From UHGV virus genome UHGV-1377012: a stretch of 39,435 nt of DNA; one strand, given 5' to 3'. The notes beneath the pieces are model-generated. The model made no database searches and was not told the DNA's origin. It saw only the letters and a program-made list of their open reading frames with translations. The stretch is from a virus. How positions within the stretch are numbered: position 1 is the first letter of the stretch; each line of letters opens with the position of its first letter. Position numbers and translations under genes: made by a program. Below are positions 9,286 through 19,897 of this stretch, piece after piece.

Positions 9286-9290
9286 TTAAT

Positions 9291-11093
9291 TTAACCTCTC
9301 AAGAAACACGCCACAGCAACATCAAACAGGCTGGAATCCTGTATTGCCTGCTCACTTTCCCTGTTCGCTTCATCCAGTACTTCACGCGCACTGCGCGATT
9401 GTGGATTACCATCATCATCCAGCACGGTGATTATCATGTCCGGAGATTCAAGCAGCGAGTCTTCAGCTATACGCAGATCAATATCTCCTGCCGGATCTGC
9501 CATCATTTTTTGTTCTGTCTGTTGCAATATCTTACCGGGCTCAAAAGGAGCTACTTCGTCTGGCGTCCTGACCTCTGCTGTTTTATAGAATGAAACAGCC
9601 TGAGCATTAAGTTCACTTTCTGCCTGCTGTCGCCGTGCCAGTTCTGCTCGAGCTTCAAAAAACTGACCTCCAGGCTCGTGCGGCGCCAACGCGTTACGGG
9701 AAAATTCCAGGCGTTCTTGTGCCTGCCGGATTCGTTGGTCAATATCGCGAATTCTGGCCTGTTTATCTGATCGAGCACGAGACAAAGCTTTACCGCTACC
9801 AGTTGGCTCTTCTGCAAGAATTTGTGCGCGCTGTTCAGTGAGATTGTCGATAATTCGTTGGCTATTAGCGATTTCAGACTGGTAAACCTGTCTATCGCCA
9901 CGCGGCAAAAGCTGCGCAGCCTGTTCTTCAAGCAACCGATTTTCGATAGCGCGCGCCGTTACTCCATCATCTACAGATGACAGAGCCTCATTAACTGCCT
10001 GAGACAGCAGATTCTTGCGCCCAGGAATTTCACTGAAAGATGCAGACTCAACAATGCTGGCAACGTCTACAGGTCTCCCTTGGCTAACATCAGACATAGC
10101 TTTTCGCAGAGCCTGAATGTGAGAATTGCGCGAAAGCACATTGATCGGCACGCCGGGAGCAATATCAATTTCAGCATGATGAGCGGCATTCGCCGCCAGT
10201 GCAGCATCGATATCAACTGGTGAAAAGTTTGGTGCGTTTGTAGACTCGCCGCGAGAGTTAATAAATCTGCCGACACCACCCAAAGCCACCCCAAGAACAG
10301 CATCAATAGCAATTGCCTGTCGATCCAACACATCATACTGGTTAGCCATTTCGCTATAGCCACCATCACGAAGCGTTTTTGCAGTAAGCCCGCGCTGTGC
10401 CATACCGAACGCAATATTTGTACCTGCGGCATAGGCAATATCTGGCGTTGCACGTACTGCTGTTGCTGCGGCGCGTCGCACTGAACTTTCACCCGTCCGC
10501 GCAAGCTGGGCCGCCACACCTTCCGCCAGCGCACCACCAGCACGTAACCCGAGGCTCATAGGGATCAGTGTTCCGGCACCAGCAGTAATACCCTGCACTA
10601 ATCCTGCTTCCTGCGCCGTCCTAAAATCAACACCCTGTGCTGTCAGCCGTTCAAACTCAGAAAAACCCTGTAGCGAAGTTACCGCCGCTGCACCTCCGAC
10701 CGGACCACCGAGCGTTGTACCGACGACAGCCTGCCCGCCCATATCGAACAACCCATAAAGAACCTGCCCGGCGGTTCCGGTTGTCGCCGCATCAGGCGTC
10801 AGCCGCTTAACCTGCTGCTCTGCTAGTTTTCTCTGCTCGGCAATGTATGAAACTGAAGTGTCATTGAGCGAGGTGTTTTCGTTAACAAACTGAGCAATCG
10901 GGGATACGATTTTATCCATCCCTGCCCATAGCAACTGATCTGGCTTTGCCACCAGCCCGGAGTACAAACCAGACAATGCCGCTCCTACAGCATTGTCGAA
11001 AAAACCAACATCGCTGTTAAAGTCCGCTGGATTTGATGCTGCTTCGTCAAGCTGCTGATTCTGGTTTACTGGATTAAGGCCAAAGTAACTCAT
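9291..11093 (-). CDS. Internal virion protein
   Basis: 600 aa, Ala/Gly-rich with C-terminal coiled-coil-like region; contiguous with the other core-protein genes. Confidence 0.6.
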   Translation of the reverse strand: MSYFGLNPVNQNQQLDEAASNPADFNSDVGFFDNAVGAALSGLYSGLVAKPDQLLWAGMDKIVSPIAQFVNENTSLNDTSVSYIAEQRKLAEQQVKRLTPDAATTGTAGQVLYGLFDMGGQAVVGTTLGGPVGGAAAVTSLQGFSEFERLTAQGVDFRTAQEAGLVQGITAGAGTLIPMSLGLRAGGALAEGVAAQLARTGESSVRRAAATAVRATPDIAYAAGTNIAFGMAQRGLTAKTLRDGGYSEMANQYDVLDRQAIAIDAVLGVALGGVGRFINSRGESTNAPNFSPVDIDAALAANAAHHAEIDIAPGVPINVLSRNSHIQALRKAMSDVSQGRPVDVASIVESASFSEIPGRKNLLSQAVNEALSSVDDGVTARAIENRLLEEQAAQLLPRGDRQVYQSEIANSQRIIDNLTEQRAQILAEEPTGSGKALSRARSDKQARIRDIDQRIRQAQERLEFSRNALAPHEPGGQFFEARAELARRQQAESELNAQAVSFYKTAEVRTPDEVAPFEPGKILQQTEQKMMADPAGDIDLRIAEDSLLESPDMIITVLDDDGNPQSRSAREVLDEANRESEQAIQDSSLFDVAVACFLRG

Positions 11094-13603
11094 TGCGGAA
11101 TATCTCCGGAGAATCTCTGACGCTTCTGAGTCAGATCAAGAACAACGGGAGAACCATCATCTTTCAGCAGATAACCAGTACCAAGTTTCACCAGGTACTG
11201 ACTATCGCCGTAACTTTGCAAACCATACTGACCAGGCGGTGTTTTTATCCCTGTGCCAACAACTTGTTCATTCCAAGCCTGATTAACCTGCTTATCGAAT
11301 TGCTCTGCAGACATTCCCCACGGCAAAAGAACATTCCCCATTCCGTTATAGTCATGCACGCCACCTGTAGCTACGTTAACAGCCTGTTTCCAGATATCAT
11401 TGTCAATTTCGCCTGATACCACGCCTTTTTTCGCCATCACACCAGCGTAATAGTCCTTTGCGATCTCGTATGCCATTGATGCCCCCTGAGCATCACCAGC
11501 AAATGCATCCTTCACCATGTCAGAAAACTCAAGGCGAAGATCAGCATCTTTAGGCATCGGAATACCTTTCGCATCATCAGTACCTTTACGAGCCGCCGCG
11601 CCAGCAAGAATTGTCTGCGCAGCGGTTTCAGGAGACACGGAAACATCCGGATTAAACCAGTTTTTTTCTGCCAAAATACCACCAGGCTTATCCATCAGTA
11701 TCCCGGCAACGGCAGCAGATGGAGCGTTGGCACTGATCTGCTGTAGTGCTGACATATACACCTGCCCACCGCCAGTGCTTTGCCTGATGGTATCGAGATA
11801 TGCTGCCTGTTGGGAAACGGGCGCATCACGAAAGAAAACACCGATCTGATTGGCCTCGTCTTTGGAAAAGAACGTCAGTGGAGTGCCATATGACTTGGCA
11901 AGGTCACTGACCTGAGCGGCACGCAAGGCAACGCTCTGTCCAAAGTTATCCTTATTGCTCATGTCGATAGGCTTAGCCTGTCCGGCGGCAAGAGAGAACT
12001 GCACAGGATCCGATTGCCGCTGCTTTATCACCTGATTTGCAGCCGAAACAACGTTGTCATAAAGAGCTGCGCGTGCCGCATACCCCTCCCCTGTCTCACC
12101 AGTATCCGGGCGTAATTGCTCAACATATGCTGTAATGCTGCTTGTCGGCATGTTGCGGAAAGAACCTATATACTGTCCGGCGATCTGCGTATTCTTAAAC
12201 TCGGTATATCGCAGGTTTCCTTCTCTGACACCATAAGCTGCAATAAAATCATCCTCACCAGGTGGGTTAGGAAATTCAACGCCACGCATATACGCAGCTG
12301 TCGCATCGCGAACCTGGCTGTCAATCATCGTTTTATATTCAGCCTGCTGCTGCCGACGCAGTTGATCCGCCTGTCGCATAAAACTTGCCTGCGCCTCAGG
12401 AGATGCCGCATCGAATGCTGCATTACCGGTATAGCGTTTGGTGTTGGTTGGAATTGTTGATAAACCAAGTGCTGCACTGACACCAGCAGTTAACTGCTGA
12501 TCACTGTATGGCTGGCTACCGTTCTCATGATGGATAATGGCTGCACAAAGCGCCTTCAGGGTATCAGGATTAGATGCATCGAGAGGCTCATCAGCAGAAA
12601 CGCCAAGTTGTTCGCACACTGCTTTGATATACGACATAGTGTCATTTTTATCAGTAGGCGGTGCCCAGCGATTAATTATCTCACTGACGGTATCAATACC
12701 CTGCCTCTGATACGACATCAGGTTCCGCCCTAATGCACGAATCCCGTGTTCAGGTGTTTCGAATTTCGCAAATCGACCATCATCACCGGTCTGGCCTACC
12801 CACGGATTAGTTTTGCTGTATTCGAGATTTCCTGGGTTATTGTTGCGTATGCCACGGGCAAGCTCGGAAGAGTCACTATCTGCTACAGCACGGCGAGCTC
12901 CAGCAGCAGTATCACTTAACTCGCCATTACTTTGGATGAATGCGGTCGCATTGTTTGCCGACCACTGGGACAATGCGGCATCAGCAACCTTCTCTTTAAA
13001 CTCGATTTTCTTGGCCTGTATTTGCTCGTCGCTCCAGCCATGCGCAATGCCGTAATCCTCAATTTGCTGGAAAGTTTGCTTATTAGCCAATACGTATGCG
13101 GCGTTGTCGCCATACAATGCTGCGGCATTTTTACCATTGTTCAGCAGCGTCGCCTGAAACTGTCCTTCTTCGTAGGCATTTATTTGCCCTATCTCGTGCC
13201 GCCCGGCCTGCGTAGTGAACTGAATACGCTGCTGCTGCGCCTGCTGCATGAAAGCATTACGAGCCTGTTCATCCGGCAGCGACATAGCCAGTTGTTCGAC
13301 CTGAGCATCAAACTGCTGCGTATACTCCTGACCTTTTCCAATAGCATTTTTCCCTTTCAGGTTAAGCAATCCTGTTTCAGGATTATTCAGCAGATCACTG
13401 CTTATCTGACTGAGGTTAAGAGATGCCTCCTGAGCCAGAGCGATATTGGCACGCTGTTTTGCCTGACCAAAAACATCAATAGCCTCTGCCCCTGCCCGAA
13501 CAAAAGCATCACCAATACCTGGCTGAGAAAACGTCTGCAAGCCTGCTGACTGAACTCCACGGCTCTCAACCTGACGTCCGGATACTGTTGGTACGACTGG
13601 CAT
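11090..13603 (-). CDS. Large internal virion protein
   Basis: Start moved to the ATG at 13603 (GGAGG 6 nt upstream, shares one nt with the upstream stop) instead of the track start at 13678; about 837 aa. Confidence 0.6.
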   Translation of the reverse strand: MPVVPTVSGRQVESRGVQSAGLQTFSQPGIGDAFVRAGAEAIDVFGQAKQRANIALAQEASLNLSQISSDLLNNPETGLLNLKGKNAIGKGQEYTQQFDAQVEQLAMSLPDEQARNAFMQQAQQQRIQFTTQAGRHEIGQINAYEEGQFQATLLNNGKNAAALYGDNAAYVLANKQTFQQIEDYGIAHGWSDEQIQAKKIEFKEKVADAALSQWSANNATAFIQSNGELSDTAAGARRAVADSDSSELARGIRNNNPGNLEYSKTNPWVGQTGDDGRFAKFETPEHGIRALGRNLMSYQRQGIDTVSEIINRWAPPTDKNDTMSYIKAVCEQLGVSADEPLDASNPDTLKALCAAIIHHENGSQPYSDQQLTAGVSAALGLSTIPTNTKRYTGNAAFDAASPEAQASFMRQADQLRRQQQAEYKTMIDSQVRDATAAYMRGVEFPNPPGEDDFIAAYGVREGNLRYTEFKNTQIAGQYIGSFRNMPTSSITAYVEQLRPDTGETGEGYAARAALYDNVVSAANQVIKQRQSDPVQFSLAAGQAKPIDMSNKDNFGQSVALRAAQVSDLAKSYGTPLTFFSKDEANQIGVFFRDAPVSQQAAYLDTIRQSTGGGQVYMSALQQISANAPSAAVAGILMDKPGGILAEKNWFNPDVSVSPETAAQTILAGAAARKGTDDAKGIPMPKDADLRLEFSDMVKDAFAGDAQGASMAYEIAKDYYAGVMAKKGVVSGEIDNDIWKQAVNVATGGVHDYNGMGNVLLPWGMSAEQFDKQVNQAWNEQVVGTGIKTPPGQYGLQSYGDSQYLVKLGTGYLLKDDGSPVVLDLTQKRQRFSGDIPQ

Positions 13604-14148
13604 TATAATCCTCCGGGTAATCTGGTTCCTGCTGCTGCCCCGATTGGCGCAGGAGTGCTTTGAGTAAACGGACTCCACGCCCCACCAAACATCTGGTACG
13701 CACCGTATGCCTTCAGAGGCGCAGTGAGCAAGGTTGTTGCTGCTCCCATATTCCCCTGTTTACGGGCTGAACTGGCTTCTGCTTTATAGTTGGCAGCCTG
13801 AACCTGATAACCGTAAGCCTCGCGTTGCGCGTTATTCACCGTTGTCAGCGAATCAAGAGCGCCAAACTGAGCAGTGTCACCAAATATATCCAGCGCGTTA
13901 CCTGTAGATAAATCGGCGCCGGTCGCCCCCATTGTCGCCGCCTGTGTACCAAGCCGCTGCCGGGTCTCTCTGCGCCGTTGCTCAGCTTCAGCGTTACCTC
14001 TGTTTATTGCATCATTTGCCTGAGCAGTGGCTATATCTGCGTTCGCTTTTGCAACCTTAGAGGCATACTTTCCCTGTTGGTACTGGGTGTATGCCTGAAT
14101 GCCACTCATGGCAAGCATTGCACCACCAGCAATAACCGGATCGCACAT
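13603..14148 (-). CDS. Virion structural protein (internal protein candidate)
   Basis: 181 aa, Ala/Gln-rich, tightly coupled between the tail tube and core-protein genes. Confidence 0.5.
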   Translation of the reverse strand: MCDPVIAGGAMLAMSGIQAYTQYQQGKYASKVAKANADIATAQANDAINRGNAEAEQRRRETRQRLGTQAATMGATGADLSTGNALDIFGDTAQFGALDSLTTVNNAQREAYGYQVQAANYKAEASSARKQGNMGAATTLLTAPLKAYGAYQMFGGAWSPFTQSTPAPIGAAAGTRLPGGL

Positions 14149-14612
14149 TATTTTCTCTCCATGTGAAATCTGTGGAAATTAAGACCAAGAGCACCATAAG
14201 GCGCGGCTTCTTCAAGCCTGAATCCAAGCCAGTGCAGCCATGCTTTGGCAACATGGTTTCGCTCGTCGACGTAGTTTTCCAGGCGCGGATAAACTGCCAG
14301 CATCTGCTGCAATACAGGGCGGCAGTGGCGAAGAAATGTCTTCTGGTATTTTTCAATACGGCTGGTACCGACCAGCCAGGGCGTACCATTGCCACCGATC
14401 ATTGACGCCGGAGATACGCCAAACATGGTTACCAGTTCTCCGTTCGCAAATCCTGACCAGGCCATAGTCGCAGTGCGAAGACCAACACGCAGCGCATCTT
14501 CGGTAGTCATCAGCGATACCGCATACAGTTCGTCAATATCAGCCTGACGAACATCCGGCAAAATCATCTGAAGATGCTCTTCGGTAGCGGGAATAATTCG
14601 AACATCGATCAT
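14148..14612 (-). CDS. Virion structural protein
   Basis: 154 aa ORF translationally coupled to its neighbours in the tail module. Confidence 0.5.
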   Translation of the reverse strand: MIDVRIIPATEEHLQMILPDVRQADIDELYAVSLMTTEDALRVGLRTATMAWSGFANGELVTMFGVSPASMIGGNGTPWLVGTSRIEKYQKTFLRHCRPVLQQMLAVYPRLENYVDERNHVAKAWLHWLGFRLEEAAPYGALGLNFHRFHMERK

Positions 14613-17083
14613 CAGAACCCCCCAACAGTAAGGCGAGGAATAACGGCAAGAACAGACAGCGGCAACGGGTCAAGCTGACGGATTCTTACACGTCCGTTTT
14701 TGCCCCAGTTACTGTCCAGTTTCACTTCTACTTTTCCGGTAGCGTCATCAACAGGATCATCGTAGAACTCGAATTCACGCTGTGGATATTCGTACCATTT
14801 ACCGCCGGGCGTAGTCGCCCAGATGCCGCGACTGGCATTCACAACCAGAGTAACGGACGGGATCACCTGTTTTTTGTCCAGTAGCGTTTCCTGTCCGTTA
14901 ATGTTGATATCCAGTGTTTCGAATTCAGCAGTTATTGGCAGGCCGATGTGCACTACAGCCCCCGGAGATTCCAGCGTGACGGCACCTCCGGAAACCACTT
15001 TCTGTGGTTCCACGTTCGCATCAGAGAGAATGTTTACGGTCTGGCCTTCAAGATGAGACAGGCCTCCAAATGTCCGGCGCGCCATCTGCCAATTCGTGGT
15101 GGCCGCATTCCTGAGGGATGGCGGGACGTTCCTGTTAGCACGAACCACTACAGCGGTATTGCTGGTTACAGAAATAATGTCGCAACGTAATTCTTTTGAC
15201 ACTTCATCGCCAGTATCAGGATCAGTTCCGGTATAAGGGAACTGTAGTTGCGCACCGACATCGCCACTGGCGAAGTACGCACCACCAGAAACACTGATTG
15301 TATATTCCGCGCGGTAATCCCATTCACCAGAACCACCAGTGATGGTCATCGTTCTGTCAGACGTATTTCTTCCATCATAGCTAAGGCCAGAATCAACAAA
15401 GAAAGCATCTTCATCGCTGGTAAATAAACGGCTGGACAGTCGCTCGATGTATCTCACTGTTTGCCCGTTAACGGTTCGGTTAACGACGAAATACACCGCA
15501 TCTTCATTGCCTTCGCTGATACTGCATGTGCTTTCATATTTTCCGGTACTGGACTGTGGTGCCCATGCAAAAACCTGTTGATCACGCAAATAGGTCATCA
15601 CCAGTAATTTACCGTCATCACGGATGCAGAAGGCGCTGGAGTAAGGGACTATCGAGAAGCACCAGTCAACAATGCTGTGCTTCTGAAAAAGATGATTGGC
15701 AAGGATAGTAAGGTCGTTCCCCTGATAGCCGTCAACATCGAATGAGTAGGCCAGATCACGGACAACACTGCCTTTCTCCTGGACGAACAGAGCAATATTC
15801 GCCACGGCAATTGGTGGGACATTGCTCGAGCCATTTGATCCCTGAGAGCTAAATGCAAATGATGATGGGGTTAATACTTTGTTCTGGTCGCCGGTGATGA
15901 CGTACTCACCTCCAGAAGTCAGCGCCACCAGCGAACCAACATCAATCAGGTGGCGGATCTCATTAACCTGACGCCCGGCATAGGTGTAGATAATTCTGTC
16001 GTCATCCTGCGTAGGATTGCTTTTGCCAAAATCCTTATAATCCCCAGTACGGCTGGCCCAGATAGTCTGAGGGAACGCAGTCGATGCGGCGAAGTAAAGA
16101 CGTTGTTGATAATAAACAACAGTGCCAGGATAACCATTAACACTGTTCCAGGCATATTTAGCCCATTTATAGCTGGCATTATCCTCGCCAACGACCTGCG
16201 AAGGGATATAGGAAATCACCTCGGCAGTTGCAGTAGTGCCATTTGCAGCAGTGATACGGGCAATGCCAAAGCCACTGTGCAGATACTCCCACTCAATGCC
16301 AGTATCATCATCACCGGATCCGCCCCAGCCATCCCATGATGTGCCTTCTGTATGCGAAGGGCGCAAAGTACCTGTTTTGCCTGCTGTAACGGCTCGATAG
16401 TAGTTACTGTCTGCACGGCGAATATCGCCAATCGACGTACTCTTACTGGTTTCCCATACCGGTACTGAATCCACTGCTGGCTGTTCCAGATAGAACAATT
16501 TGCCTACCTGCTCCGCGCCAAAAATAGAGGCGCTTGCCGTTAACGTAATTGTCCCGGTGCTGGCGCTGGCATAAACCGTCACTGACTCGTCAATATTGAT
16601 ATCTTCAAATGGCCCGTTCTTCGTTACCACATCAACCAGTTGCCAGTTGTCATGCGCATAGCGACGCAACTCTTTCGGCGGGTATGCCGGATGAACCAGC
16701 GTAAGCACGTCGGCGCTTTGCGTGAATTTAATTCGGAACAGATCGGCTTCAGTATATGGCGTGGCAATTTCATAAATAACATTGCTGCTGTTCAGCACCA
16801 ACGCACCATCTTTGATAACGCGCATGTACTGGTGTCCGAACTCCAGAGCGTAGGTCTGAACCGTCGAGAACTGGAACGGGATCAGGCGGCATTTCCGATT
16901 TGGGTATTTGGCGGCACCGACAAAACGCGTACCAGGTCGATTCTCAACGCCGCCATACTGCCGCACGATAAAGTTATCGCACTTGCGCAATGCCACCTGG
17001 TACTTCGCCATGTCGATACGACCGTACAACGACGGTCCAATCTCACCACCGGCAAAGCTGGGCTGGATCCAACTGATAGCCAT
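14612..17083 (-). CDS. Tail tubular protein B-like (T7 gp12-like nozzle)
   Basis: 823 aa; the N-terminal FAGGEIGPSLYGR block resembles the start of T7-type tail tube protein B; follows the tube protein A-like gene. Confidence 0.65.
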   Translation of the reverse strand: MAISWIQPSFAGGEIGPSLYGRIDMAKYQVALRKCDNFIVRQYGGVENRPGTRFVGAAKYPNRKCRLIPFQFSTVQTYALEFGHQYMRVIKDGALVLNSSNVIYEIATPYTEADLFRIKFTQSADVLTLVHPAYPPKELRRYAHDNWQLVDVVTKNGPFEDINIDESVTVYASASTGTITLTASASIFGAEQVGKLFYLEQPAVDSVPVWETSKSTSIGDIRRADSNYYRAVTAGKTGTLRPSHTEGTSWDGWGGSGDDDTGIEWEYLHSGFGIARITAANGTTATAEVISYIPSQVVGEDNASYKWAKYAWNSVNGYPGTVVYYQQRLYFAASTAFPQTIWASRTGDYKDFGKSNPTQDDDRIIYTYAGRQVNEIRHLIDVGSLVALTSGGEYVITGDQNKVLTPSSFAFSSQGSNGSSNVPPIAVANIALFVQEKGSVVRDLAYSFDVDGYQGNDLTILANHLFQKHSIVDWCFSIVPYSSAFCIRDDGKLLVMTYLRDQQVFAWAPQSSTGKYESTCSISEGNEDAVYFVVNRTVNGQTVRYIERLSSRLFTSDEDAFFVDSGLSYDGRNTSDRTMTITGGSGEWDYRAEYTISVSGGAYFASGDVGAQLQFPYTGTDPDTGDEVSKELRCDIISVTSNTAVVVRANRNVPPSLRNAATTNWQMARRTFGGLSHLEGQTVNILSDANVEPQKVVSGGAVTLESPGAVVHIGLPITAEFETLDININGQETLLDKKQVIPSVTLVVNASRGIWATTPGGKWYEYPQREFEFYDDPVDDATGKVEVKLDSNWGKNGRVRIRQLDPLPLSVLAVIPRLTVGGF

Positions 17084-17688
17084 CAGGACAACCTCGCAAT
17101 GGTAAACTCGTCAACCGGTGGCTGTGGTTCCTGCGATTCATTCTGGCTATGCGAGCCAGCACTAAGAATCACGCGATTGTACATATTGAGGGCAAACGTA
17201 CCGAGGTCTGCATTCCCAGTCAGCGCCATGTTAATAGCTGCCGCAAGACGCCAGGCCAACGCCTCCATAAAAATGGCATCAAACATGTTCACATCTGAAA
17301 CGCGAGAGACATACTTGATCCATGCCTGCGGCTGGTCTGTGTAGATCAACTTTCCTGTTCCGTTGGTGTCTGCACCAACTTCGTACTGAACGCGCATTGC
17401 TGCTGTTGGATTGCGTACACCAGGAAGCATAATTTCAGTAATGCGCAGACAATCGGACGGGTACTGGTACGCATATTCCCAGTCAGGCGGTGGATTGCTC
17501 GTATCTGCAAGCGCCACGCGTTTGGTAGCAAAGTTCCAGTCAAAATCAGAAAGCACAGCATCACGGCAGGCCTCAAAGTGCAGCGAACATTCCCCCGCTT
17601 CCTTGCTGGCTTCCTTCAGGCTGTTAATGCTGCGGCTGTTGCCAATATTGGACAGCGCACGATTACAGATCTCTACTACAGAGGCCAT
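17083..17688 (-). CDS. Tail tubular protein A-like (T7 gp11-like adaptor)
   Basis: 201 aa, about the size of gp11, positioned between head-completion genes and the tube B-like gene. Confidence 0.55.
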   Translation of the reverse strand: MASVVEICNRALSNIGNSRSINSLKEASKEAGECSLHFEACRDAVLSDFDWNFATKRVALADTSNPPPDWEYAYQYPSDCLRITEIMLPGVRNPTAAMRVQYEVGADTNGTGKLIYTDQPQAWIKYVSRVSDVNMFDAIFMEALAWRLAAAINMALTGNADLGTFALNMYNRVILSAGSHSQNESQEPQPPVDEFTIARLS

Positions 17689-18017
17689 TACTCACCCCCA
17701 TTGCCATACAGAGTTTCAGCCGCTGATTTTTCTACATCCCCGGAAACAGGAGCGATCGCCATATCAGTGATCTGCAGATCGGCGCTGCGATTAACACCAT
17801 CGTCAGTTTCTCTGGCAGACAGACCTCGAATAACAGCCTTTGCAGTTATCATCACTTCGGTTCCGACGCCCTGAGGTTGCGCCTTCAGCTTATTCAATGT
17901 GTCGTTATTAAGAGTGATGCACAGCCCCCACGGGTATTCATCGCGAGTTCTGGTTTCTCCGCTCTCATCCTGGTAGCTGTCAGTGCCGGTTTTGAGGTTT
18001 ACGAGTTCCATATACAC
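17688..18017 (-). CDS. Head-tail joining protein (hypothetical)
   Basis: 109 aa ORF coupled to the tail tube A-like gene. Confidence 0.45.
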   Translation of the reverse strand: MYMELVNLKTGTDSYQDESGETRTRDEYPWGLCITLNNDTLNKLKAQPQGVGTEVMITAKAVIRGLSARETDDGVNRSADLQITDMAIAPVSGDVEKSAAETLYGNGGE

Positions 18018-18061
18018 TCCTGCAATAAAGGGGCCGAAGCCCCTTGTCTGATTCGCGAGGC

Positions 18062-18406
18062 TTACACGCCCAGTTCTTTACGCTTATCTGCGATCTTCTC
18101 GCGGAGCGTTTCTGCTTTGGCGTTATGGTGTGGCTTCTCGTTAAAGAGCAATTCGTACTCTTCACGGAGCTTATCCAGTTCACCATCATCTGACGCATCG
18201 TTGATGATTTTGGTGCTGATTGCTGCCATTGACACCTTTCCTGCAACTTTTGCTTTTGCCTGTCTGGCTGCATCGTTAACAGGTTCCAGTGCGCTACCAG
18301 GCTCACCTTCGTATTCGATTTCTGCCCCCTCCGGCCACAGAGTGTTATGGATATGAGAGAGGCGCAGAACGCGGTATCTTGGTTTCTCACCTGACATCGA
18401 TATCAC
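18062..18406 (-). CDS. Hypothetical virion protein
   Basis: 114 aa, charged, between decoration-like and head-tail genes. Confidence 0.45.
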   Translation of the reverse strand: MISMSGEKPRYRVLRLSHIHNTLWPEGAEIEYEGEPGSALEPVNDAARQAKAKVAGKVSMAAISTKIINDASDDGELDKLREEYELLFNEKPHHNAKAETLREKIADKRKELGV

Positions 18407-18407
18407 C

Positions 18408-18845
18408 TTAACCAGTTACTTTTGAGCGGATCGGATACGGCGTATTGGCATCAACATCAAGACTGATACCAGCAGTGAATTCGCCAGCCGTTAGTGGGCC
18501 AGTTGCGACGGAGTAGTTAACACGCAGATATCGCTGAACACCGGCAGGCACCTTTGCAGAAACAACTCGTTTACCTGCTGTCAGGGCGGTCTTTGCCAGT
18601 GCACCACTATCATAAATAGTGGTCCATGAGCTGTTATCCTCACTCGTCTGCAACTGGATGTTTACAGTTGCATCACCGCTTGCTGCGGCGGCTGTGTTAA
18701 CCAGCGCCCAAAACTCAAGCGGGTAACCCACGCCGATATCACGACGTTTCCCATCAATTGGACCGAGATCGATTACGTCAGTAGAAGCCGCGGTATCAGT
18801 TACCGCCTGTGCTTCGGAGAACATCAACAGTTTGTCGGTGATCAT
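18408..18845 (-). CDS. Capsid decoration / stabilising protein candidate
   Basis: 145 aa, Ala/Thr/Gly-rich, immediately downstream of the major capsid gene. Confidence 0.5.
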   Translation of the reverse strand: MITDKLLMFSEAQAVTDTAASTDVIDLGPIDGKRRDIGVGYPLEFWALVNTAAAASGDATVNIQLQTSEDNSSWTTIYDSGALAKTALTAGKRVVSAKVPAGVQRYLRVNYSVATGPLTAGEFTAGISLDVDANTPYPIRSKVTG

Positions 18846-18896
18846 CTTCTTTCTCCATTAGTGGGTCTGTTACGACCCTCAGGTTAATAACAGGCG

Positions 18897-19889
18897 TTAC
18901 ACCACGCGGGCTTCTGTTTCCAGAAGCGCATCAGTTTCACGGATTGGTACACCACGGAATGACGTCCACCACTCGCCTTCAGTCTCTTTTACGCTAATCG
19001 CCAGAGATGTTTTCTCCAGAGACTGCAGATCAAGAGCCTGGCCTACAGTGCGGTTCATGTAGAACACCGGGCGGCCCATGCCACGGTTTGGAATGCGATG
19101 TAGTGCTTTAACCATCAACTTCGCAATATTTGCGGCAGAGGAAGGTTCTGAAAGATTGCTGACATCGATGTTTGCAATGCGAACAACATAACGCCAGTCA
19201 CGCAGAGCAAGTCCGTTGTCCCATTTGTAATGGGTACGGTAGCCTTCGTACTTGCCGCCATTAGCATCTTCCAGTGTCACCTGGCCTTTATCTTCCATCT
19301 GGATGCCAGCCTTCTGCCCTTTCGGGAAGATGCCATGCACGGTGTTTTCGCCCCACACCACTAACCAGATTGAGGTGTTATCTGTACCCGTGCCACCAGC
19401 ATCAATGATGTTCTGAGCATTACCCGCAGACAGGCTGGAATAGCGGGAGGACAGTCCCATAAACTGCTGAGGGTTAACGCTGGAATCACCATAAAACAGC
19501 GTCTGCGCCATCTGCTGATTCATCGCTTCAATAAATGCTCGGTCTTCAGACAGGCGGAATTCGGCGGTATTGCCGTTCAGATCAGCCAGTGACTTATCGA
19601 CTTCAGCATAGGTTTCCAGCATGCCAACGGAATCGGTGACCTGCACTGTGGTTGATTTGCTTGGCTGTACGCCATAGTTCAGCAAACGCCAGGTAGCTGA
19701 AGGTAAACCAGAACGAATGGTGGTTCGGTGTCCCGTAGGAAGGTTCCCTTCGACAAAAGGCATATCCTGAAGGATCGGGTTAGTTTGACCGAGAAGCTCG
19801 ATAATCTTATCGACTTTCCCGTTTGGATCGACGCGCTTACCCCAGTCAGCCAGCGTTAGCGCAGTTAAGCCTTTAACAGTCATTGTCAT
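18897..19889 (-). CDS. Major capsid protein
   Basis: 330 aa ORF following the scaffold gene, with a strong GGAGG-type RBS; assigned by size and synteny. Confidence 0.65.
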   Translation of the reverse strand: MTMTVKGLTALTLADWGKRVDPNGKVDKIIELLGQTNPILQDMPFVEGNLPTGHRTTIRSGLPSATWRLLNYGVQPSKSTTVQVTDSVGMLETYAEVDKSLADLNGNTAEFRLSEDRAFIEAMNQQMAQTLFYGDSSVNPQQFMGLSSRYSSLSAGNAQNIIDAGGTGTDNTSIWLVVWGENTVHGIFPKGQKAGIQMEDKGQVTLEDANGGKYEGYRTHYKWDNGLALRDWRYVVRIANIDVSNLSEPSSAANIAKLMVKALHRIPNRGMGRPVFYMNRTVGQALDLQSLEKTSLAISVKETEGEWWTSFRGVPIRETDALLETEARVV

Positions 19890-19897
19890 TTCCTCTC

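Noticed and set aside
16640-17344. Long plus-strand ORFs antisense to structural genes (16640..17344, 21015..21752, 12932..13549, 8791..9593 and similar)
   Set aside because: They lie fully inside longer minus-strand genes with clear phage homology and coupling, lack ribosome-binding sites, and have low-complexity or stop-poor composition typical of antisense frames.
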